This document shows positions 25,003-35,719 of a stretch of 64,000 nucleotides of DNA, in pieces. Numbering within the stretch: position 1 is the stretch's first letter; every line of letters begins with the position of its first letter. The stretch is taken from assembly GCF_964204645.1 (NCBI RefSeq), contig NC_134025.1:11656001-11720000 (forward strand). The letters run 5' to 3'. The translations under genes and the position numbers were made by a program. Source of the DNA: Tubulanus polymorphus (Eukaryota > Animalia > Nemertea). Under the pieces are notes generated by a model. It did no database searches. It saw only the letters and a list, made by a program, of their open reading frames with translations, and was not told the origin of the DNA.

Positions 25003-26423
25003 TGCATTGTGAGCGGTATTCGCTTTCGTCCAAGCAGATTTTCTTAAATCTGAGAGCCTGTGCGTATGCGTATGTTGTTGCTGCAGTGAGGTGGGTGACA
25101 CTATTCTTTGTGTAGGAGGGAATGTGCGTCCGTTGGTTTTGTGTACCGGGGTATACCCTTGTTGAGAGTTTACCTGAGTTCTCAAAATCTCTCCCTTTGT
25201 AGACTTCAACGTCTAGGAAGGGTACCTTCTCCCTTGATTGTGTCAGTTTGTATTGTATGGTACGGTGTAATTGGTTCATATGTTCGAAAAATCCGAGTAG
25301 TTTATCTTCACCGTGGGTCCAGATTGAGAATATATCATCTATATATCTCCAATATAACATGGGTATAGTATTGTTTGGTGCCGAGCGCAGACATTTAGTC
25401 TCGAGATAATGCATAAATATGATCGCTAGACTTGGGCTGACTGTCGTGCCCATGGTGCAACCCTCTATATTTGAAGGCGGTGTTCGTTTTTCCCGAAAGA
25501 GAATTCATTTCTCTTCAGTATTAGATTCAGGAATTGAACGAAGGGTCTTTTGTCTGGACGGCGAACTGTGTATTGTAGCTGGAAGTCATCTAGACTCCTT
25601 AGGATGCTACTGATGGCTTCTCCGTGGGGGATGTTGGTGTATAGACTTTTGACATCCATTGTCACCAAAATTGCATCTTTGTGGAGGGGAGGGAGTTGAT
25701 TTTGTTGAGAAAGTCATTAGTATCTTGGATGTATGTTGATACTCGACTCGCGATTGGTCTCAGAAAATAGTCCAGATATTTGGATATCTTTTCCGTGGGG
25801 CCATTGTTGCCGCTTAGGATCGGTCTTCCCGGGTTGTTGACCTTGTGAATCTTCGGTAGAAGGTAGAACTCGGGGATTTTGATATCAGATCCCGGTGTTA
25901 ATTATAGCCACATAGCATGGTCTATTTCTTGGTTGTTTCTCATATCGTGTATGATTCTTTTTATTTCACTTGTGACTGAAGTAGTGTCGGGTGGGGCGAT
26001 TGACCGGTAGCTGTTGGTGTCATTTAGCTGTCTCAGAGCTTCTTTTTTGTAAGAGTCTTTGCTCATGATAGCTATGGCTCCCTCCTTTGTCACAGGGTTT
26101 TACAATGAGATCATTATTCCGATTTAGTTCCTTGATCGCTCTCATCTCGTTTTTCGATAAATTGGATTTGAATTTTTGTGTGAGATTGAGTTTTTTTAGC
26201 TCTGTACGCGTTAGTTCAATATAACGTTTGAGCCGGCGATCGCCTGATGTAAGCGGATTGAATTGGCTTTTCCCTTTGAAGGGGTGCAGTGAGTTTTTCT
26301 CACGGTTAAAAAATATATATCTCAACCTGAGGCGGCGGAAGAAGGCTTCGGCGGTTGTAAGAAGTTCGTCCTGCGTCGGTGCATTATTGGGTATGAATTT
26401 CAGACTCTTGCTTAATGCATTAA
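25001..26423 (-). pseudogene. Penelope-like element reverse transcriptase, frameshifted and 3'-truncated
   Basis: LSKSLKFIP, KPCDKGG, LPKIHKVNNPGRPI, VTMDVKSLYTNIPH, MGTTVSPSLAIIFM, WRYIDDIF, PFLDVEV, AQALRFKKIC across several frames; no GIY-YIG remains. Confidence 0.9.
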
Positions 26424-26429
26424 TTCTAG

Positions 26430-26517
26430 CCAATCAGCGCGTAACAGTGATAATTAGCCTGTGAAACAACAAGCTCTCCGATTGGTGCCCTGCGGGAGCA
26501 CCCAGAGAGTATAAATA
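26430..26517 (+). promoter_or_regulatory. Pol II promoter-like arrangement: CCAAT, ATTGG, TATAAATA
   Basis: CCAAT 26430, ATTGG 26481, TATAAATA 26510-26517, ATG at 26579. Confidence 0.5.
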
Positions 26518-26578
26518 GTTACTTATTCGCTAACTAATCACTAACTGCTCTACATTTGACTCGCTCTGTATCAGTGTT

Positions 26579-28600
26579 ATGGCTCTTGACGACATGTTCA
26601 CAGAAACCGAAATTGACGAGATGATGAGAGACCTGGACTCAACCAACGCTACCGCGCCGCCGCCATCAGAACCGCTGCACCCGTCTACAGAAACCAGATC
26701 TACGAGACCTGAACACTAATCGGCTCTGAAAATGTACGAGACGGAGGGTACTACAACACCAACATCACGGCTCGTTACTAAGAATCGGTTTGGTCGCTGG
26801 TGAGGTGCCGAAACACTTCAAAATCCACCTACCCATCAGACTGATGGAAGCAGACAGGAATCCAGATGTCACGAAAGACTGGATTCGCAGACTCCACCAG
26901 ACGAGTCTGGATCTCAAGGGCGGATCTAGGGGGGTGGACCAGTCCACCCCTTGAAAAATCAAAAGTGCCCTCCTGGCTTTCAGAAATTTTCTGTACGGAA
27001 CTGGACACTCGCCACTGGAAAGATTGCTTCGAGTATTCTTAATCTTAGGATGCCTACTCAAAAGCGTATCTGGAAAGAACGGGAGCGTGCTTTGCAGTGT
27101 GAAGCAAAACGCTGCAAGCCGTTAATGAGTTTTTTGTGAGTTTTTCATCCCTCTTCTCACAGTCGTCTGAAATGTTTTTCCTCGATAGTTGAAATTATAG
27201 GCGATTAGGGCTAAAATGCTGCGCTGTTTTATGTTTAGCAAAACCTTTGAAAATGGCATTCATGCTGTGCTGTCATATCTAAGGGCACCTATAATGCCCG
27301 AGAAATTTATAATAAAAAGGGCACATCTTATAAGCGTATATAGACGATGAAAATTGTGAGAAGGGCGTGAATTCTGAAATTGGGGCACCTATCATGCCAG
27401 AGAAATTTATGAAAAGGGCACATCTTATAGCGTATATACAATGAAAACTGTGAAAAAGGCATATTCTGATATATCTTTTCTGGAAGGAATAAGGGCACGT
27501 GCAATGTCAGAAAAGTTGATAAAAAGGGCACATTTTATAGCGTATATATACGATGAAAACTGTGAAAAAGGCATATTCAGTTATATCTTTTCTGGAATAA
27601 GGCACGTGCAATGTCAGAAAAGTTGATAAAAAGGGCACATTTTCTAGCTTATATACGATGAAAACTTTGTGTAGGGCACCTATCCATTTAATTTTTTTAT
27701 GACGTGGCACCTAGGCCTAGTGTCCGTATTGTATTCAGTTTAAACATACCTGTATAAGATGTGTATTCTATGTTGTAAATCAAGTATATAGGCAACGCAA
27801 CCCCATGGGTACGGGCCTGAATAAGAAATAAGCTTGTGAAACTGAAGATTTTCATTGACAATCGTATTCATTGAGGATACATCTTTTCATGAGGTGCTTG
27901 TTAAAAATTTGTACCTACGTAGTTTATGACCTTAAGACTTTATTTTGTAAGAAATGCTGTAGTTTAAAATTTGAATATTTTATCAGAGGGAAGGAAATGC
28001 AATAAAACCTGACAAATTATTGTGCAATTACGAGAGTAGAGTATAAATAAAAAGATGATGTGTATGAAACTCAAATTTTATGTGCTTGTTTTTTCCCTAT
28101 ATGTGGCACCTTCCTGGACCCTAAGGTTACAAATTGCAGTCTAAATATTGACTTCTTTTCTCCTAGAATGGACCCTCTGAAATGCGGGAAAACACATTTA
28201 AGAACACCAAATTTTCATAATTTTCTGGTGGTGGTCCCCCAGATGGGGGTGTGGGCTTCGCGCCTTCGGCGCTCGCAATGTGCCTTCGAAAGGTGTGCCC
28301 TACTTTGTCCTGTCCACCCCCCTACAAAGATCCTGGATCCGCCCTTGGATCTGATGAAAATTTCGGCCTGCCACCACGAAGTGATGGCTGACCAAAACCG
28401 CCTGAAGGTGGAGGAGATTGCAGCTGAGATCTTAAAGAAGCCCAGCTGAAAGAAGCGGAAGCTAGTGCCGTCACACCGAAATCAGCTCCAGCTCAGCCGA
28501 CACCAACCCTACGACGGCACCGAAGAGACACCCGAGTAGGGGACATCACCAATCCGGCGGCCGCTCTAACTACCGGGGCAAGGGACCGAGAAGAGAATAA
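26579..28600 (+). pseudogene. Decayed ORF1-like gene resembling the PLE N-terminal domain, split by a DNA transposon
   Basis: Removing 26915-28347 plus one GATCT restores ...QHHGSLLRIGLVAGEVPKHFKIHLPIRLMEADRNPDVTKDWIRRLHQTSLD|LMKISACHHEVM...; acidic N-terminus and RG-rich tail (SRGHHQSGGRSNYRGKGPRRE*) need frameshifts/stop read-through. Confidence 0.55.
26915..28347. mobile_element. Non-autonomous hAT (Tip100-like termini) with internal tandem repeats
   Basis: TIRs CAAGGGCGGATCTAGG / CCTGGATCCGCCCTTG, flanked by GATCT; roughly 100-115-bp aaagggcacat-containing tandem units at 27280-27710. Confidence 0.8.
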
Positions 28601-28892
28601 ACCATTTTCTCTCTCTCACAACACACACTCTCTCAACAGTTCTTATCAGGACTACCCCTATGTCCTAGACAGACTTAGTCCATCTCAGTCCGACGCAAAT
28701 CTATTAAGTGTTTAGAAATAGATTTCTATCTGAACAGTCGTTCCCTTGAACCAAACTCCGACGTTAACCGTCCGCGTGTCTAGAAACAAGGCTCATATAT
28801 ATGTGTTCACAGTTTATGTGATTTTATTTTTTATTAGGGTTTTCTGTTACATCACAGAAAACCCTATTGAGATTCGCGTGTTTCTTATTATT

Positions 28893-29565
28893 AGGGCTTT
28901 GTCAAATTTGTGTTGACATATCGCGATATATCGCGTCAAGTCGACATATCGTGACGTTTTCACGACAAATTTCGCTTTTTCGCCCATTTTCCACGGGACA
29001 AGCCGTCATTTGAAGATACGCCGAAATGTAAAATGAGGACGCCAGTAATATGTCGACTGAGTTTCAAGTCGTCATGAATATGTCGACTTGTTGCTAGGAA
29101 AATAGTTGAGAAAACGAAATATGTCGTCAAAACGTCACAATATGTCGACATATTCATGTCGACTTGACGCGATATATGGCGATATGTCGACATAAATATG
29201 GCGACTTTGTCGAGTTGGAACGCGACAACTCGAGGCCCTTTATCGCTTCCGTACTTCCGTATATATGGGACCCGTACAAAACCGTTGCGACCTTTTATCA
29301 CGATGAAATCATGTCGAACAAACGTGATATATCGCGATTTATCGACATAATTAAGTCGATATATCGTGTTAATATCACGATATATCGTGTTAATATCACG
29401 ATAAATCGTTATACGGATCACGCCTTTCACCAATGTCGACGTCTGTATCTCAACATAACCGCGTACCGTCGACATAATTATCACTCCTTTAGCTAAAATG
29501 TCGTGATACGTATGACAATTTATTGAGACAATATCGCGAAAAGTCGACATAAAAATCGCGACATT
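28893..29565. repeat. CpG-rich repeat built from GTCGACAT / ATATCG motifs, probably a transposon subterminal region
   Basis: Numerous gtcgacat/atgtcgac and atatcgcg motifs in both orientations; preceded by hairpin tagggttttctg...cagaaaacccta (28835-28866). Confidence 0.55.
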
Positions 29566-29854
29566 TTAAATAAGGTCTTCCTAGTTACATTGATATATTG
29601 AGATAGTTAACCTAATTTCAATAAGGGGACGCATACGTAATGATATTTAATGTTAGATGAATATGAAAGAAGAAATAAAGTTGGCAGAAAAATTAAAATG
29701 ACTTTATCATCACCAGAATCTGGTGGACATATTGAATGTTGGGGTTCAAGTAGAATGACCCCAAATGCTGGGGCACAATAATAGTGTTCGGTACATGGTC
29801 GATGAACTAAATAGGTCATTCGCATCAATACATTGTCATGATTGATTTGCGGCA

Positions 29855-30062
29855 TGCGACAAAACCAAAATATTGAATTGTCGCGTGCGACAAAACCAAA
29901 AAAATGAATTGTCGCGGACAACAAAACAAAAATATTGAATTGTCGCAGGCGACAAAACCAAAATATTGAATTGACGCGGGCGACAAAACAAAAAAAAATG
30001 AATTGTCGTGGGCGACAAAACCAAAATATTGAATTGTCGCGGGCGACAAAACCAAAATAATG
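29855..30062 (-). repeat. ~30-bp minisatellite, inverted relative to 31085-31516
   Basis: About seven units of gcgacaaaaccaaaatattgaattgtcgcgg. Confidence 0.9.
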
Positions 30063-30553
30063 AATAATGAAACTGGTATTTCATTAATTCCTAATGACTT
30101 AAGCTGGGCGTAGGTCGGCCTTGCGACGGCTTGTGACTCACTGCGAGGCCATTTTTTTTTTTTCGTTCAAAAGACCTTTCACTTGAAAATTCTTTCGTCA
30201 GAACAAAATTTATTTCATTCGAACCAATAATATTCTGTTCGATTGAACCAATTTGAAAAAATCGTTAGAAGAAAGTTGAACAAACTTTTTTTCGTCCAAA
30301 CGAAAGGTTTTTCGTTCGAACAATAATTCGATCGAACAGAATTGTTTTAATTTGAACAGTTTTTCGTTTGAACAAGTATATTGTAAAAAGTTTTTTCTCC
30401 GAACCAAGAGTATTAAGTATTTGTGCAATCGAACAGAGTTGTTTTCATTCAAACATTCGTTCGAAAAAAAATTGTTTTCGCTCAACCAAATGTTTTTGCC
30501 GGGACAAAAAGTTTTTCATTTCAACAATAACATAGCTTTTTATTCGAACACAT

Positions 30554-30800
30554 TTTTTTGTCAGAATGAAGAAAAGTTTTGGTTCAAACAAAAAGCGTAT
30601 TGTTCGATCAAACAGAATTGTTTCATTCGAACAAGATTTTCTTGTCGGAATATTAAGTTTTTTGGTCGAACGGCGTGTTAAGGTCGTTTTGGAAATTTAC
30701 TCGGTCTGGTATATTTTGGATTACTGTGTATGTCATTTGTCAGGACATTAAACAGAAGACGACTTAGGATACTACCTTGCGTGACTCCACTAGTTAGACC
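30554..30800 (-). repeat. Partial copy of the dispersed repeat carrying a LINE RT fragment
   Basis: Matches 43913-44157 and, in part, 32622-32780. Confidence 0.8.
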
Positions 30801-30811
30801 CGCGACAATTC

Positions 30812-32508
30812 TTTTTCAGTCCACTTGGGACTTTAGTCCCAGCGGGCTATTGCGTTCACTTTTCGTCCGTCCGTCTGTCCATAGACGGAATCCAGTTATT
30901 TTGGGAAGTTTTGAGGACGCTTCAAGGTAATGTCTTGATATTTGGTTTATACATGTATCTACCCTAGACACATCGTCAGCCCAAAAACTGGCCCTGTCAG
31001 ATTCAAGATGGCCAACTGGCAGCCATTGTTGTTTGCCGCTTTTTAAAGATTTTCGAAGTTTGTTTTGTTGCCCCCACAATTCTTTTTTTGGTTTTGTCGC
31101 CCGCGACAATTCATTAGTTTGGTTTTGTCGCCCGCGACAATTCAATATTTTGGTTTTATCGCCCACGACAATTCATTACTTTGGTTTTATCTCCAGCGAC
31201 AATTCATTATTTTGGTTTTGTCGCCCGCGACAATTCTTCTTTTGGTTTTGACGCCCGTGACAATTCATTATTTTGGTTTTATATTTTGTTTTTGTCGCCC
31301 GCGACAATTTTTTTTTTGGTTTTGTCGCCCGCAACAATTCATTATTTTGGTTTTATCGCCCGCGACAATTCAATATTTTGGTTTTATCGCCCGCGATAAT
31401 TCATTATTTTGGTTTTATTGCCCGCGACAATTTATTATTTTGGTTTTGTCGCACGAGACAATTCATTATTTTGGTTTTATCGCCCGCGACAATTCATTAT
31501 TTTGGTTTTGTCGCCCGAAGAAAATTTTGATCAATTACCTTGATCTTTCGTTTATATTTGAATCTACCAAAGGCCCATCAGCATAAGAAAATTGGGTCGA
31601 TCTGACTCAAGATGGCCGTCCTATGACCTTTTTAGTGCCCAAAAATGTCAATTTTGGCCAGAATTCTAGGTCCTGTAGCTTCCTACTGGTTTGCCATTTC
31701 TCATTGCAATTGCTGATGGGTATTCTTTAAAGAGGGATGTTTTATACCTGGGACAGGTATTTTTGATCAGCCAATTATGACGCAATTGGCAGCCATCTTG
31801 GTGTCATCAGTACACATTCGTAGGTGGGAAAAAGTTTTTCCACATTAAATTGATACCTAAGCATATTGTGTTACTATATTCAATTGGAAAGTTGTAGCCC
31901 ATAACGTGTTCTCTGATTTTGGTGAGTTTCAAGGTCATTGGTTTTTGTATGTGGCCATCAGGGGGCGTTGACTGATACAATAACTTAGTATTGCTATATT
32001 ATATTTGTACCAAGGCATATTTTGTTACCATGCTCCATTGCAAAGTTGTAGTTCATGACATCGTCTATGATTGTGGTGAGTTTTTAAGGATATTAGTTAT
32101 TCCATATAGTCACCAGGGGGCGTTGAATAGTAGAATGGCTTAGTATTTCCTTATTAGATTGGTACCTAGGCATATTTTGTTACTATGATCAATTGCAAAG
32201 TTGTATTTCATGACATGTTCTACAATTGTGGTGAGTTTTAAGGTCATTGGGTTTTGCATATGGTCACCAGGGGGCGTTGAATAGTAGAATAACTTAATAT
32301 TTCCATATTAAATTGGTAACGAGGCATATTTTGTTATCACAATCAATTACAAAATCATAGCTGCTCACATGTTCTATGATTGTGATGGGTTTCAAGTTCA
32401 TTGGTTTTTGTATATGGTCACTAGAGGGCGTTATGTATTGAAATTGTTAGATTGTTGAGCATTTGAAACCACTTCCCAAGTGAGCATGGTGTCCCTGGAC
32501 CCCTAGTT
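30812..32508 (+). mobile_element. HINE/DINE-1-like element, copy 2
   Basis: Same termini as 23757-25002; cgtccgtccgtctgtcc microsatellite; contains the 30-bp minisatellite and four ~155-bp units. Confidence 0.8.
31085..31516 (+). repeat. ~30-bp minisatellite (ttttggttttgtcgcccgcgacaattcattat)
   Basis: About 14 tandem units; further units at 32507-32625. Confidence 0.92.
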
Positions 32509-32621
32509 TGGTTTTGTCGCCCGCGACAATTCATTATTTTTGTTTTGTCGCCCGTGACAATTCAATATTTTGGTTTTGTCACCCGTGACAATTCATAATT
32601 TTGGTTTTGTCGCCCGTGGTT

Positions 32622-33000
32622 TTGTCGGAACATTAAGTTTTTTGGTCGAACAGTGTGTTAAGGTCGTTTTGGAAATTTACTCGGTCTGGTATATTTTGGA
32701 TTACTGTGTATGTCATTTGTCAGGACATTAAACAGAAGACGACTTAGGATACTACCTTGCGTGACTCCACTAGTTAGACCGTCTCATTCCAAGACGAGGC
32801 GTTCCATTGATTTCGGTTACAAGTTTCTGTTCAGAGATAACTGCTGAGCCATTTGGGCGACCTATCATTGATACTGTTTCCTAATAGCCTGTTTAGTAAT
32901 GGCTGATGTTGAGCCTTATCAAATGCTTTGTTGAAATCCACCGTCGAACAGGATTCTAAGACTGTGCAGAAAACCCGTTATCGCTGCTTTGCAGCTATAT
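32622..33000 (-). pseudogene. CR1/L2-type LINE RT fragment within a dispersed repeat
   Basis: Homologous to 43913-44368; minus strand reads VDFNKAFDKAQH and VTQGSILSRLLFNV. Confidence 0.65.
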
Positions 33001-33511
33001 TTTCCATTTTATTTTTTCTTCACAACGAACACACACGAGCCTCCAGCATGCATTATACATTATATGTATACAACACACGCTCACATACAGATAACAGTGT
33101 TGGTCACACAACTAGGTCGATTACCTACCTATCGATTACACTCACAGAGCCACTTACAGCTAAGCCCTTTGTTGTACAGCTGTTATAAACCCGATCTACT
33201 CAGCTAATCCAGCAGTGTATCTAACCATACAACACACGGAACTCTGCTCACAGTATCACGCACACACATTCAGTCTCACTCTCCCTCTTGGGGAGAAACA
33301 ACCAATGGAAAAACCACTCAACTGGGTCACGCATCAGCCGAGGTAAACCCTCCGCTACAACTGCCTCCCAGCACAACAGATTTGTGGTCAACCTATCAGA
33401 TCACGTGGTTAGCAAAACCATCATTAATGCATTAAGCAAGGGTCTGCAATTCATACCCAATAATGCACCGACGCAGAAGGAGGAACTTCTCACGGCCGCC
33501 GAAGCCTTCAT

Positions 33512-35210
33512 GGTCGACCCTAGTTCCAGGACGCATTAACTACCTTTCAATTTTCGGTAACGGATACACTGCAGACTTAGAATTCATTGAGCCAAGGTCG
33601 TTACCGCTACCTGGAAAGGCCATATAAACAAACAACCGTCCGTCTCCTCTTTATCATAAAAATCTTTTACCCTCCTTTTAATGTAAAATCCTTTCTTGAA
33701 ATCCTTTTGCAAATCATTGATAAAATGATGACGAAAAGGCCGGAGCCCAGGTCCTAGGTCCTCATCTCTACAATCCACCAATGCAATGTCCAATAAAAAA
33801 ACAATACAACAATACTCTATTTTACTGCAGTAAAAGATGGAGTAAAAAGAATAACAATATATTGATAAAAGATTTCTCGAAAATGCATAGGCCTCCCAAT
33901 AGATTTGCGGTGTCGAACATCTTTCTTTAAGCCAGTGTTTCCAATCTGAAATTGATTCAAGTATATTATCATACCTATTATTTTTATATAGTAGGCTAGG
34001 CACTAATTTAGCACACACATAATAGACATAGGGCCATGTTGTATGAGTCCAGGGTTCATAGTCTCCATGACCAGTCTCATTCCATGATTTTCAAGCACCT
34101 TTTCAAGCCGAATTCAATGACCCAATGTTACTAATACTGAAACTTCGATAGCATATTTTACACCTGGCTTCTCTTATATCATTACATTTATCGATCCATA
34201 GGCTATAATCATCATGCTTAAGCCAAGAATCCTGAAATCTACATTTTCCAGGCATTCTTACAATCAGTAGATTTTAAGGGCTCTAACAGTGAACTTGTAA
34301 CTGTGACCTGCAGATGGTAACAAATGACTGATCTAGTTTTTGAAAATTTGTCTCAAATGTTTTCAAATGAAAAATCAATTGAAACATCAGTAGAGTCAAA
34401 AGAACAAAAGCAGGCCATGAACAGATCACACTTAACGTTTTGCCTATAGCAAATTACATTCAATTGGAATATAAATTAGACAGTGTGTTGCCATATATTT
34501 GCATTGACCAGACAGAATCATTGTTTTCATTGTAGTTGAGATAAATTAAGACTAGTCAGAACTAGACCTAACAATACAATGATCAGATCTGATAATGTAT
34601 AATGCCTAAGCTATAGATTATCTGTGACTGACCACTTTGAAATCTATGCACGCAGTAAGGTAGATCACTCTCAATGACCATGACCATGAATCAATGACTT
34701 TAGAGGCAATTCCATGACTTTCAAGGCCTTGAATTGACCTATTCCCATTTCATGACTTTCAATGACCGCTATGAACCATGTATGACCCACAGCCCCCGCC
34801 CAAGTTGGCAGTTGAAACATTGACATTGATGGTCCCTGGTCCCTCACAGTAAACTGATAAACTAGCAGCTGCTTATAAGCCTATTCTTGTCCATTATAAA
34901 ATTGGGTGCATTAAATTGTCTTTCTGTTATTGACAAGTCCAGAAGGGAGGCTTTTTTAATGATTAAAAATGACACCTCTCAATCAATTGAAAACATACCT
35001 TCATTTCCGCTTGTCTTTATGCTGACAAACAAATTCAGTGCCAGTTTCGGCTTCGTATTCAGATATGTTTCTGAACACTTCTTCAGCGCGTTTAATATAA
35101 CCGGCATTTTGATAGCAAAAACGACCTTGGAATCTAATTGAACACTAAGAATGTGTATCCATAACCGAAAATTGAAAGGTAGTTAACGCGTCCTGGAACT
35201 AGGGTCGACC
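33512..35210 (-). mobile_element. Mutator-like (or Merlin-like) internally deleted DNA transposon
   Basis: ~57-bp TIRs ggtcgaccctagttccaggacgc.ttaactacctttcaattttcggt; 9-bp TSD agccttc(a/t)t; coding-like remnants on the minus strand (33584-34018, about 35000-35140). Confidence 0.8.
34050..34780. mobile_element. hAT-like MITE nested in the Mutator-like element
   Basis: CAGGGTTCATAG ... CTATGAACCATG; 8-bp flanks tatgagtc / tatgaccc; repeated ttccatgactttc. Confidence 0.6.
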
Positions 35211-35335
35211 AGCCTTCTTAGGAACTAAATCCGAAGAATGATCTCATTGTAAAACCCTGTGACAAAGGGGGGAGCCATAGCTATCATGAGCAAAGACTCT
35301 TACAAAAAAGAAGCTCTGAGACAGCTAAATGACAC

Positions 35336-35367
35336 CAGGGAGGTGGGAGTTCACTCCCACCTCCCTG
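35336..35367. mobile_element. 32-bp palindromic insertion with 7-bp TSD (P-element-like)
   Basis: atgacac|CAGGGAGGTGGGAGttcaCTCCCACCTCCCTG|atgacac; absent from the paralogous PLE copy near 26015. Confidence 0.8.
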
Positions 35368-35719
35368 ATGACACCAACAGCTAACGGTCAATCGCCCCAC
35401 CCGACACCACTTCAGTCACAAGTGAAATAAAAAGAATCATAGACGATATGAGAAACAACCAAGAAATAGACCATGCTATGTGGCTATATCTAACACCGGG
35501 ATCTGATATCAAAATCCCTGAGTTCTACCTTCTACCGAAGATTGACAAGGTCAACAACCCGGGAAGACCGATCCTAAGCGGCAACAATGGCCCCACGCAA
35601 AAAGATATCCAAATATCTGGACTATTTTCTGAGACCAATCGCGAGTTGAGTATCAACATACATCCAAGATACTAATGACTTTCTCAACAAAATCAACTCC
35701 CTGAATCTCCTTCCTGAAT

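Larger units (their letters stand above)
33288..35712 (+). pseudogene. Second Penelope-like RT fragment (5' part), interrupted by two insertions and a deletion
   Basis: FVVNLSDHVVSKTIINALSKGLQFIP, then KPCDKG and LPKIDKVNNPGRPI; closely matches the reverse complement of parts of 25690-26423. Confidence 0.88.

Noticed and set aside
26797-26814. CTGGTGA-ggtgcc-GAAAC hammerhead-like core
   Set aside because: Core mismatch, no stem I or III, and it lies in a coding-like frame.
28960-29550. 196-aa ORF
   Set aside because: Arises from a low-complexity GTCGAC/ATATCG repeat; no domain motifs.
29855-32625. 30-bp palindromic repeats resembling a CRISPR array
   Set aside because: Units are directly tandem with no unique spacers, no cas genes, and the context is eukaryotic; ORFs over them are artefacts.
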